From Azolla caroliniana (Eukaryota; Plantae; Polypodiophyta), in NCBI GenBank assembly GCA_043228905.1, contig JBHGNT010000007.1, positions 10,416,001 through 10,480,000 on the forward strand: 64,000 nt of DNA, in the 5' to 3' direction. The position numbers were made by a program, and so were the translations under genes. Of the stretch, positions 47,814 to 59,978 are shown one piece after another (positions within the stretch are counted from its first letter, which is position 1; the number at the start of each line of letters is the position of its first letter). Below the pieces are notes generated by a model. That model was not told where the DNA came from. It made no database searches and was given only the letters and a program-made list of their open reading frames with translations.

Positions 47814-50800
47814 AGCAAGAATTAGCTCTGGAATCTAGGAGTGCTGAGACATGTACTAGAGGAGAATTTGGCAAGTGGTTTCATTCGACATTCGAAATCT
47901 CCAGCCGGCGCACCCATTTTCTTCGTCAAGAAAAAGGATGGATCACTTTGTCTCGTCGTAGATTACGGTGGTTTGAATAAGGTCACCATCAGGAATAGAT
48001 ACACACTTCCCCTGATCTCAAGTCTTTTAGAACGGATCAATGGTGCAAGGTTCTTCACAAAGATCGACTTACGAGGAGCATATAACCTCGTACGGATCCG
48101 ACCAGGAGATGAATGGAAGACCATGTTTCGCACCAAATATGGGCACTTTGAGTATACGGTCATGCCATTCGGCCTCACTAATGCACCAACAGTCTTCTAG
48201 CACATGGAAAATGATATATTCCGACATCTCTTGGATGTTTGTTTGATCATCTATTTGGATGATCTATTGGTTTATTCAAAGACCAAGAAGAACATGATTC
48301 TCATGTACTGTTAGTACTAAAACGACTTCGAGAGCATGGTCTTTATGCAAAGCTGGAAAAATGTAGTTTCGAGCGCAACTAGGTAGAATTTCTGGGCTAT
48401 GTCATTTCCTCGAAAGGCATCTCCATGGATCCAGCTAAGGTCTGAATGGTGGTAGAGTGGCAGACTCCGCGTTCGTTGTGAGATGTGTAATGCTTTCTAG
48501 GCTTTGCCAATTTCTACCGCAAGTTTATACAAGATTACTTAAAGCTTGTTATGCCTCTGATACAGCTCACCGGGAAGGGACAATCGTTCGTTTGGTCTGA
48601 AGAAACAGACATGGATTTTGAGAATCTTAAGAAGGCATTTACATCAGCTCCTATTCTGGCTCTTGTTGATCCAGTAAAACCATTCATCATCGAAGCAGAC
48701 GTGTCAGATTTCGCATTGGGTAGCATTCTGTCACAACAAGGCAATGATGAAAAGCTCCATCTTGTGGCTTTCCACTCATGCAAGTTTGACGCCGCCGAAA
48801 TCAACTATAAAATTCATGATAAGGAGACATTAGCAATAGTGGACTCTTTTACGCAATGGAGGCATTTTCTAGAGGCATCTTTTCATCAAGTCACTGTATT
48901 CATTGATCACAAAAACCTTGCCTACTTTCAGAATGCTCGTGTGTTAAATCAACGTCAAGCTTGGTGGGCCCAATTCCTCACTCTTTTCGACTTCAAAATT
49001 ACATATCGTAGGGGGAAACAAGAGAAGGCAGATGCATTATCACGACGCTCGTATCTAGCACCGCGTCCTGGCGAGCCAACTTTCGATAACCAAAAGCAAG
49101 TAATCTTGGGACCAACATGACTGCGAGCAACACAGGTCTTTAATATGCCCTTGGATTCCCACGTTATCGATACCATACATGAGGACTTGAAGACAGATGC
49201 TTTCACCCAAGCCATTCTAGCACAAATTGATCCCTCTTGAGCATCTTGTTCATAGTCGTAACAACCAGGTACGGACTATTGACAATTCGAATGTCATGAT
49301 GGATTACTATTCTTTAAGAAACTCTTGTATATTCCTAATAGTTCTTGTTGCCTTCAAGTAGTCCAAAACTGTCATGACACATATACAACTATGCATTTTG
49401 GTAGGTCTAAAACATTAGATTTAGTACAAGGATCATTCTGGTGGCTCCATATGCAGACTTTGTTCGGAGATTTTGTCGAAGATTTTGTTCGGACTTGTGA
49501 TACATGTTGCAGAGAAAAAATGCCAAGGATCCATATGGTTTATTAGAACCATTACCAATTCCAAGCAAGCCGTGGCAATCCATTGCTCTAGATTTCATCA
49601 CAGATCTTCTAGTCTCCAAGGGATTCGATGTGATCTTAATAGTAGTAGATCGAGATACGAAGATGGCCCATTTCCTGCCATGTAGTAAGGAAATCTCAAG
49701 TGAGGAAACCGTCGAAACTGTCATGCGTGAAGTATGTCCACATCATGGCCTTCCCAATAGTATCATCAGAGACCGTGGACCCTAGTTCGTCTCCAAATTC
49801 TAGAAGCACCTCTTTCAAATGCTCAAGGTCTCTTGTAACCTCTCCTTCAGCTACCACCCACAAACAGATGGCCAAGCAGAACGAACAAGTCAAACGTTGG
49901 AGCAGTATCTTCGGTGCTTTCTAAGCTATCTACTCATCTATAGCAAGCTCAACAAACACACAAGGTTTACGCGGATTGTCATTGGCTTCCATCTAGTTTT
50001 AACATTGGAGATCGGGTATGGCTACTACGACAACACATCAAGACTACTCGCCCATGCGAGAAGTTGGATTATCGGCAATTAGGTCCTTTCCGTATTATCG
50101 GGAAAATTAATGAGGTCGCTTTTCGTCTCGATCTACCTCCACAACTTCGGATACATCCGGTGTTTCATAGTTCTCTCCTTGAACCCTATCAAGACAGCAC
50201 CATCCCAGGTCGTATTAAACAACCTCCACCCCCGTTCGAACTTGAAGATGGACCTGAGTACGAGGTTGCCGCCATCCTCGATTCCAAGATTGTTCGCAAC
50301 AAGCTCTACTATTTAGTCGATTGGCTAGGATATAGTCCCATCGAGCGTACTTGGGAACCAATAGAGAATGTGACCAATGCTCATGCTCTTCTTGAAGACT
50401 TCCATCGTCAATATCCAGACAAACCAGGTCCTCAATCTAAAACGACTCATGACACTCGTCATTTTAAAGCGGAGATAGTGTCATGATATGGCAAAACTCG
50501 AACCCATGACCTTATGTTACATGGGTCAAGCTCTTGACCATTAGACTATATGTTGTAATACGAAAGATATTATTTTCATTTAAGTTTTACTATAGAAACT
50601 TTAGGAGTACTCCTGAGAACACTATAAAAGGAGGCATAAGGCATTATTTCGAACCAAATCAGTTCAATGCCAGTCTTAAGCCTCCTAGCTACTATTGTAT
50701 ATTCTCTTAACATAATATATATATTTTGTTATCATCATTCTCCCTCTCCCTCTCTCTCTCACTCTTTCCTTCTCTCGAGAGTTCTACACCTCCCTTAGCA

Positions 50801-50824
50801 CTAATCCTCATCTTTTAGTACTAA

Positions 50825-50948
50825 TTCCTTCTTTGTCTTAGTACTGTTCCAGACAGTACTTCTCTGTCTTAGTACTGCTCCTGACAGTACTTCTCTGTCT
50901 TAGTACTGTTCCTGACAGTACTTCTCTGTCTTAGTACTGTTCCTGACA
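50825..50948 (+). repeat. Four tandem 31-bp copies of the LTR terminus of Chromo-2
   Basis: Unit GTACTTCTCTGTCTTAGTACTGTTCCTGACA ending at 50855, 50886, 50917, 50948. Confidence 0.92.
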
Positions 50949-53026
50949 GTTTCTAATGGACATATTCACACTGTTCTATTTGGACATGCTAGGTTTTAGG
51001 CTATTTATGTAAATAGTGGAAAGGATAGTTGCCCTAAGTCAGTTGGTATTTAAAACTGACTCTCGTAGCCTAGTTGTTGGTGGTTCATCTTGTATATTGT
51101 GCTATTGTAACTTTGAGAATAATATAGTTCCAAATTGCCTTGTAATACATTCGTGTTCACAAGTGGAAGGATCACACATTCGACTTTTAGATTCCCTTTG
51201 TGGGTAAAAGCATGCGAGTGGAAACACTATTATAGCTAATTTGCTGGCAAAATGGCCATAGCTATTTAGCTATTTGTTTAGCTAGTTTTTTGTGGGCAAA
51301 TCATAAGGATCATTTACGAAATTTTATGCTTTATTAATTAAATACATGTCATTTTATTTATGAGAATACTCAAAAATTTGAACTTTGGTTTCTGACGTAG
51401 TGGAACTTGGGGAACAATGCCCTCATCTAAACTCGACTTAAATGTCACCAAATTCCTGTTAATCCAGAGTTTGAGTTCGAAATCCAAATAGATGGAGTAC
51501 TCTAAGCATGAACGCTGACGAAGCTCCCACAACAACACAAAAACTCTGATATCAACATTGCACCTTTAGACTTACAACACACCACCAGTTCGATCCTCAT
51601 CCAGGTATGTATCAGTTACACATTAAAAAAACTTTTTTTTTCCTTTTTGATAAGTGTAACTTTGTTGCCTGTCCATCGTTTATGAAAAACGATTAGGGCG
51701 AAGTGGTTGGGAGTCCCAAACAAGGATGTCTTGAAGATCGAGGTGTCGCAGTTGGTGTGTTTTTTATTGACAATTTTTTTGATTAGGGTTGATTTCATAC
51801 ATATTTCAGATTAGGGTTTTTGATTTCCTTAAGCGGTTGATTTTTTATTAGGGGTTCTAATTAGGGTTTTTTATTAAGGTTTTTGATTAAGGTTTCTAAA
51901 AAGGGTTTCTGATTTTTTAAGAGGTTGATTTTTTATTACTGTTGAAAATTTCATATTTAGAGTTGGAAATTTGCACCAATTCACATTTCTGATTTCAATA
52001 GCTGTGTGTTTGCAAACTTCCCCCAAACTTGATTTAGGATTTGGGTGAATGTGGCTGATTTTTTATTTTTGATTCTTCCCTACCAATTATGGTTCTAAAT
52101 ACACATGTCCTAGTAGAGCAGAGGTAACATGTAGTGATTTTTGATTTTAGGTGGCTCGTTCCTCCATATCCTAGAGTCCTGAACTTTGCAAAGTTTTGTG
52201 AGACAAAAGGGGACTTTAACAACATATATGGTCAGTCGCTAGAGGGTATTGACCTTGCTATTCTAACAAATAAATTGATTAGACTTGATGTACACTGGTT
52301 GTCAGTCTATAAAGTATCTAGAGTGAAAGGCAAGGTGAAGCTCAAGCATGTACGATCGGAGTTGTATGACGACTGCATGAGGCTCCACCAAAAAGTACAT
52401 GAAGAGATCCCGGTCAATGAGTTGTTTGTTGCATTCGCGAGAGCTTTTGCTCAACATGAGCACGAAATTGAGGGGCCGCGGGATCCCCAGCAGAAAATAC
52501 AACTGTAGCTAGAGATCCACGTTCTTTCAATGAACCTGAACCTTCTAGGTGTAAATATTGTCGCTGATTACAATTTGGAGAACCTCCAAGTAAGTTAATG
52601 ATTCTTGTTTCTTGTTGTTCTATCTTCCTCATTACGGAATGATAAATCGGTAATTTCTCGGCTGCGTTCTAGGAACAATACTCCCATCAAGAAGATGTAC
52701 TTAGATGCCTTAAGAAGCAACTACATTTTGTGGAGGGGATGGTAAAGAGCAGACAAGAATTGGACCTCAACATTCTTGCTCCCTTACCAAACGAAGGAGA
52801 ACCAGGAAACGATATATTGACTATTCAAGCACGTTGCATCGCTTGCAGTTTAGGCATAGAAGACAAAACTGCTACTCTGTTGGTACACCTACGACCATAC
52901 CAACACACATGCCATATCGTTTGTTTTCAATATGCCTATCACATTGCTGCAGTCTGTTTGGGGGATTGCAATAGTGCTCTCCCAGATGAGTGGAGAAAAC
53001 AGACAGGTAAAACGGATGCTTGTCTC

Positions 53027-55826
53027 TATAGTTTAGTAGCTAATTTTAGTTATTGTTGTCCGCCGGAATTGTAACCGCCAGGCCATAACACATTGTAAAT
53101 AGATTATTATATTTGGGGCGTTAAAGTAACGCATGTAACGGTTCACGTAGGAAGCATAACCGATTAGAAGCCCTGTGTATATAAAGGGTGAAAGAACACT
53201 GTAAAGGGGTAGCGTATTTTTGAGAGCACCGTTAATATAGTTTCTGTCTTCTTTGATCTTCGTATGCCTTCTATTGGTCTCTTGTCTCTCATTCTTCATT
53301 CTCTGTACATGACTGTGTAGCAGTAAGCGTAGGGTAAGTGCGCGTTGCGTAACTACGCACAATTGGAGGTTCGGTTGTAGCCGTATCTCTTGATGCCCTT
53401 TTGTTCCGCACTACTGTGTAATGTCATTACGATCCACGCACTACATATTTCTCTTTCCTTGCACCACGATCACCTTGAAACCTACCCCGAAGGACCGAGG
53501 GTGGGTTGTGTTCCTAATCTGTAACAGTTATATGTTAGCTAATTAGCTAAGCCATATAAAGTGTGGTAGCTATTTAGTTGTTATGGTTCACTAGTGTAGT
53601 AGCTAATTAGCTACAACCTAGGTATTAACTAATTAGCCAAGATGTGGCTAATTAGCTACTGCAAATCTATGGTCTAGCAGCTAAGCAATATCAAAAGTGG
53701 TAGCTAATTAGCTACTACCAACCTATAGTCTAGTAGCTAATTAGCTAAGATGTAGCTAATTAGTTGCTACCATAATTAAGTAGAATAGCTAATTAGCTAC
53801 TGCTAGCCTAAAGTGTAGTAGCTAATTAACTACTACCATACTTAAGTAGAATAGCTAATTAGCTACTGGCAATCTATAGTCTAGCAGCTAATTAGCTAAG
53901 TAGTATCAAGAGTGGTAGCTAATTAGCTACCACCATACTTAAGTGACTAATTAGCTAAGATGTAACTAATTAGCTATTGCAGCCTATAGTGTAGCAACTA
54001 ATTAGCTACAATGTAGCTAATTAGCTACTGCCATACTTAAGTAGAAGAACTAATTAGCTTCAATGTAGGTAATTAATTACTACCAATCTAAAGTCAGCAG
54101 CTAATTAGCTAAGCAGTATCAAGAATGATAGCTAATTAGCTATTGCCATAGTTAAGAAGAATAGCTAATTAGCAACGATGTAGCTAATTAGCTACTGTCA
54201 ATCTATGGTCTAACAACTAATTCGCTAAGATGTAACTAATTAGCTAAGCAATATTAAGAGTGGTAGCTAATTAGTTACTGCCATAGTTAAGAAGAATAGC
54301 TAATTAGGTAAGATATAGCTAATTAGCTACTGCCAATCTATAGTCTAGCAACTAATTAGCAAAGATGTAGCTAATTAGCTAAGCAGTATCAAGAGTGATA
54401 ACGAATTAGCTACTACCATAGTTAAGAAGAATAGCTAATTAGCTAAGATATAGCTAATTAGCTACTGCCAATTTATAGTCTAGATGCTAGCAACGAATTA
54501 GCTAAGATGTAGCTAATTAGTGATTGTCATAGTTAAGAAGAATAGCTATTTAGCTAAGATGTAGCTAATTAGCTATTGCCAACCTATAGTCTAGCAACTA
54601 ATTAGCTAAGATTTAGCTAATAGCTGAGCAGTATCAAGAGTGATAGCTAATGAGCTACTGCCATAGTTAAGAAGAATAGCTATTTAGCTAAGTGGTAGCT
54701 AATGACCTACTGCTAGACTTAGCTAAGATGTAGCTAATTAGTTACATCTTGGATAATTAGCTAAGTCGTAAAGTGTGGTAACTATTTAGCTGTTATGGTT
54801 CAGTAGTGTAGTAGCTAATTAGCTACAACCTATGTATTAGCTAATTGGCCAAGATGTGGCGAATTAGCTACTACAAATCTATGGTCTAGCAAAGTGGTAT
54901 CAAAAGTGGTAGCTAATTAGGTACTACCATAGTTAGAAGAATAGCTAATTAGCTAAGATGTAGCTAATCAGTTACTACCAACCTATAGTCTAGGAGCTAA
55001 TTAGCTAAGATGTAGTTAATTTGCTAACCAGTATCAAGAGTGATAGCGAATTAGCTACTACTAAAGTTAAGAAGAATAGCTAATTAGCTATTGCCAATTT
55101 ATAGTCTAGCTATTAGCAATGAATTAGCTAAGGTGTAGCTAATTAGCTAACCAGTATCAAGAGTGATAGCTAATTAGCTATTGCCATAGTTAAGAAGAAT
55201 AGCTATTTAGCTAAGATGTAGCTAATTAGCTATTGCCAACCTATTATCTAGCAACTAATTAGCTACTGCTAGCCTATAGTGTAGTAGCTAATTAGCTACC
55301 ACTTAGCTAATTAGCTACTACCATACTTAAGTACAATAGCTAATTAGCTACTACCAATCTATAGTCTAGTAGCTAATTAGCTAAGCAATATCAGGAGTGG
55401 TAGCTAATTAGCTACTACCATACTTAAGTACAATAGCTAATTAGCTACTACCAATCTATAGTCTAGTAGCTAATTAGCTAAGCAATATCAGGAGTGGTAG
55501 CTAATTAGCTACTACCATACATAAGTAGCTAATTAGCTAAGATGTAACTAATTAGCTACTGCAGCCTATAGTGTAGCAGCTAATTAGCTAAATGTAGCTA
55601 ATTAGCTACTACCATACTTAAGTAGAATAACTAATTAGCTTTGATGTAGCTAATTAGCTGCCAACCTATAGTCTAGCAACTAATTAGCTAAGATGTAGCT
55701 AATTAACTAAGCAGTATCAAGAGTGATAGCTAATTAGCTACTGTCATAGTTAAGAAGAATAGCTATTTAGCTAAGATGTAGCTAAATAGCTAGGATGTAG
55801 TAGTATCATGTAGCTAATTAGCTACC
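53027..55826. repeat. Palindromic satellite array of TAGCTAATTAGCTA with a small set of recurring spacers
   Basis: Many dozens of copies separated by spacers such as AGATG, CTACCAATCTATAGTCTAG, AGCAGTATCAAGAGTG, CCATAGTTAAGAAGAA; 97-bp higher-order duplication at ~55321/55418. Confidence 0.95.
53054..53526 (+). repeat. Solo LTR (473 bp), TSD GTTAT
   Basis: TGTT...AACA termini; GTTAT at 53049-53053 and 53527-53531; TATATAAA at ~53178. Confidence 0.88.
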
Positions 55827-56246
55827 ATGTTTGGTAGTCAACTTAGGTCATAGAAAAAAAAGAGAAGTCGCTAATGAGCTAACATGTTGTTCTAGAATCT
55901 CCTGGATTAAGGAGGTTCCATGAGGTGTCTAGTGCCGATGACGCTGCAACCGATGAGGAGATAGCTGGCAACGTGGCTGAAGTAAGAGTCCTGCTATCAC
56001 ATCTCCTTCAAATCAACTCCACCCTATTGGGAAGATTGTACTTAATTAGGCAACATTGTGGCCATGAAATATTGGAAACATGTAAATGTGAGGTTCATAA
56101 CAACAGTGTTTCTGAATATTTGATGCAACATTTCTTCGAGTCCCAAAATCTTGATTCAACCCCATTGACCCACCAAATCCCATTGTACTTGAAAAGCTAA
56201 TGCAAGATGCGGCTAATGTGCAAGCCGCTCCAGAGGAGATGGAAAG

Positions 56247-57187
56247 TGTTGAGAGGACAAGCTCAACTGGATCCGGATCGGATGAATAAGCAAGAGCCGG
56301 ATCGGAGTCCAGAATGAAGAGCAGGATCAGATTGTAACCGATAGGCCGTTAGAGGCCTATGGATCTAGCCTAGTACGTAGGCATATTTTTGGGAGTCAGT
56401 GTCAGTCGCTCATATGAACATTAAAGTATTTGTCAGTACTTCTGTTAGTCCTTTTAAGAACATGTATAAAAAGTGTTATGTAGGACATTTGTAGGTACAC
56501 AATGTTATTATTTTGAATTAAGTTTACTGTTCTGCTCTCTTTGTCTCTCTCGTGTACTGTGCATTCTAAGCTTCCATTAAACTTGTGTTTATTCTCTCTC
56601 GCTATCCGGTGTAATCAGTTTTGTCTTAGCTTTCGCAATCATATTATTTTACATCGTATCAAAGCATCAAAGCGCGAGGGTTGAGAACCTCTACTGTCGA
56701 CAAGCGTTTTTTTTCCTGAAGACGAACCCTAACATCCGGAAAAGCATAGACCGAAAAGAAGGAAGATATGTACAGAAGTATGGCGAGATTGCTTCCTATG
56801 GAATAGCTCGACCGGAGCAACTATGCGTCTTGGTTGTATAAAATGCACCAGTACTTGTTGGGGCACGGATACTAGAGCTACGTGGAAGGAGCAAATGTAG
56901 CAACACCGTATTTGGCACACGTGGAAGGACTTCTCGGTATGGGAACAAGAAGCGAGCAGAGTGTTGTACTGCCTCACGTCCCAGCTACATCAGGGAGGCA
57001 AAAAGACCTTCAATCGATGCTCATGGTCGAAGAAAACAACACAAGTGGGTCTAGGACCACTCAATCCGACAGTCGGATCCTGGACACGGAGGAAGATCGG
57101 CCATGTGGACGTGGAGGACGAGGTGGGTCAGCACGCAATTACAACGGCCGACAAGAGCAGAATCGGAGGCACAAAGATAGTGCCGAC
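56247..57187 (+). mobile_element. Truncated Copia (LTR, degenerate PBS, deleted gag), Copia-B/D family
   Basis: LTR 56247-56653 starts TGTTGAGAGGACAAGCTCAAC; TCGTATCAAAGC follows; gag HQYLLGHGY, DLQSMLMVEEN. Confidence 0.85.
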
Positions 57188-57560
57188 TGTCAGAACCAAG
57201 AATTAAAGATAGAGTGATGGAAGGGTGAAAGCACACTATGGTGTACCAACTTTTGGCCAAAACTTTAGTAATAATTCCATGTGGAGGAAAAACTTTAAAA
57301 TGGAAAAATAAATCCAATATTTGGGTTTAAAAAGTTGATCACTTGTCTTAAAATTAAAAGTCACATTCAATGAAAATAGATTTCAAATATGAATGAACAT
57401 CACTTGTGTTAAAATCCTAGGTAATATTGTAAGAAGGTCTTAACTATATAAGCTCTTGAGTCGTCAATCAATCATGAAGATAGTCAGCTTGTCTCTCTTC
57501 CACTCTGTCTCTCTTGGCAAATAACAGGTTTATCTCGAACTGTCAGTTAGTTAGTCAGTT

Positions 57561-57561
<1 letters not shown>

Positions 57562-57624
<63 letters not shown>
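57562..57624. repeat. (CT)n microsatellite
   Basis: Direct reading. Confidence 0.95.
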
Positions 57625-57627
<3 letters not shown>

Positions 57628-57751
57628 ACATTTGGTAATTCCCTAGGTTTATACCTCCTCTCTCTCGCACTCTTCCCTTCCCCCTTCTACTCATTTATTC
57701 ACTACGTTCGTACCCCCCTCCCTCCCTCCCTCCCTCCCTCCCTCCCTCTCT

Positions 57752-59310
57752 TGTGAGCATCTTTGGAAGCGAATGGAAGAACTTGAGGTGCCAAGTGAAT
57801 ATATGCTTGCAATTTCCCGAATTTATGAGAAGGTTATATGTTGAGTGCGCATGAGAGATAAACTTTCAGATTTTTTCAAAAGCACTATTGGTGTTAAGCA
57901 AGGATGCCCACTCTCACCAACACTATTTGGTCTATGCATTGATGAATTGGAAGAAATGGTTACCAAGTTTGCAAAGGAAGACTGTGTTGAAGAAGTTGCC
58001 ATTGGGAATGTTGTGATTATGCTTTTGCTATATGCAGATGATGTAATGTTTTTTGCAAATACTTTAGGAGATGCACAAAAGCTTATGAAGGCATTGGAAA
58101 ATTTTTGCATGCATACTAAATTAAGTGTCAATAGCTCTAAGACAAAGATTATGCTTGTGAAGAGCCACAAAAGAGATAAACCATGCATTATGTACAACAA
58201 TGAGCCACTTGAATGTGTGGAAAGCTTCAAATATCGTGGCCTTGAAGTTCCTTCAAATCATAGATGGAATGAATGTGCTACACGTCGCTTAGAGGCGGGC
58301 AAGCGAGCATACTATGCATTTGAGAACACATGCAGTCTTGGAGATATTAAGTGTTGGGTCCTCAAGAAATATCTTTTTGACACTTTGGTGACACCGGTTC
58401 TTCTCTATGGGGTGGAAGTATGGGGCGGTAGCATCCCTAAATCTATGTGGAAAGAGTTTGAAAATGTCCAAAAGCATTTTCTTACCAAGTTTCTACAAGT
58501 TAAGAAACAAACGCCCTGCACCCTCCTCCTCCTTGAGACGAGATCGCTTCCCATTGAGATCATGGCCATGGAAAGGGTTGTTGAATACATGCTTAAGGTT
58601 CAAAAAAGTCCCTCACATCGACTTCCTAGAATTGCGTGTGAAGCAAGAAAAAAGATTTAAAAGATGCATAAAAGCAAAATTTTGTGTTCCAGTTGGATGC
58701 AAGATATAGAAAAATGGTTTGGTAGATGGGATGTGAGACACTTGCTTCATGATGCATCATTAGATAGCTCTGTAAATGAGGCATTTTTGCAATGCCAATG
58801 TATCATGACATGGGACAAATGTGGAGGCTTACACTTCACACATTATACTACACATGTTGCACCTAACTACAAAACCATATTCTTTGCGGAACGGGGAAAT
58901 CGTACACATCCATACATGTTAGAGCCCATACCGTTATCTGCCATTCGAACCATTGCTTCCATGCGATGTGAAACAGGGCGTTGGGGTACAAGTGATGAGA
59001 GTGGTCGGCTATGCATACTTTGCCCTAAACAAGTTCGCGAGTCTGAGTATCACACTTTGATACAATGCTCTGCCTTTGATCATATTCGACCATGCTTTCC
59101 ACATCTCTTCGATTGAGCCCAATCTTTGCATGAATTCCTCTCACAACCACAATGTACACTCTAGATTGCAACATTCATTGGTAAATTTCTTGAACATCGA
59201 GAGTCACTACTCACTTTCACACGTATCACGTGAAATGTAATATTTTTGGTCTCATAGGTCATATTTGACCTCCGAAGACAATAATATAATCTATCTATCT
59301 ATCTCTATCT
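57752..59310 (+). mobile_element. 5'-truncated non-LTR retrotransposon (LINE; RT plus C-terminal Cys/His domain, microsatellite tail)
   Basis: GVKQGCPLSPTLF, LLYADD, CETGRW...CILC...ESEYH...C; ORFs 57845 and 58664 in one frame with a TAA; tail (AAT)n(ATCT)n at ~59279-59310. Confidence 0.9.
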
Positions 59311-59978
59311 TCCAACTTCTGCACAGGTTTCTCCACGTTCTCTCCTCACCCTATAAACCCTAAACCCATTCCCTGCTTGTCGTGTCCTCTTTCCAACAAT
59401 AGTACGCTCAGGTGTTGTATTCTGTCCTCGCTGCATCGACATTAGGTCTTCAACTGTGTCCTCGTCGTGTCCTCTCTCTCAACCGTTGTACTGTCTTTGC
59501 TCTGTTGGTCGTGTTCCCTCTACCTAGTGTGTTCCCTCTACCTGGTTCCGTCTCTCTACCCTGTGTGTTTCAAACGCATCCCCTCTTCAAAGACTTCAAC
59601 AACGACATTTGGTACTTGTTTTACTATATGTTTGTATGTTTGATTCTATCTATTTTTGTACATCTGCAACCATAACAATGTTTGGGACATGTTTATTTGT
59701 ATGTTTGATTCTATTTGTTATTATCGTTTAGGGTTTTGTTGTTGTTGTTGTTGTTGTTGTTCTCCCTTGATCATTTGAGAGCTTTATACATGCATATGCT
59801 TGAATTTGAGAGTCAGTCAACATGTGTATATGTTAAGTATCGGGAGTTAACATTATGTTTCATATTCGACAATTCCTTGATTTGTATATTATTTAATATT
59901 GTTTACTATTGTTGTGCATGATTTAATGTTATTTACTATTGTTGTGCATGTGAGGCGAAGAAGAGAGACAAGATTCAC

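Larger units (their letters stand above)
42866..50948 (+). mobile_element. Rearranged Tcn1-like chromovirus (Chromo-2) inserted in the Copia-A 3' LTR; gag missing
   Basis: Partial 5' LTR 42866-43094, 3' LTR 50479-50948, flanks GTTTT/GTTTC; RT from ~47857 ([14 protein letters not shown]), RH, IN, chromodomain YEVAAILDSK...TWEP. Confidence 0.92.
26452..51129 (+). mobile_element. Old, deleted Copia (Copia-A), outer host of the central nest
   Basis: 5' LTR 26452-26816, PBS TGGTATCAGAAC 26819-26830, gag from 33415 (KINGSNFNFWKEQM), IN LRTDNGGEF ~34090, RT ~35100-35900, RH SRKTTT|GYCF across 36197/42228, PPT 42840-42848, diverged 3' LTR 42849-42865 + 50954-51129 (truncated). Confidence 0.8.
52151..56246 (+). 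pseudogene. Spliced RING-finger gene copy 1 (exons ~52151-52590, 52672-53006, 55896-55981, 56197-56246)
   Basis: NELFVAFARAFAQHE motif; degenerate RING CIAC...HTCHIVC...CLGDC...W; GT-AG junctions keep frame; stop at 52506; last exon cut by Copia. Confidence 0.6.

Noticed and set aside
53530-55826. CRISPR-like repeat-spacer array
   Set aside because: Repeat is only 14 bp, spacers recur and vary in length, no cas genes, eukaryotic context; it is a satellite.
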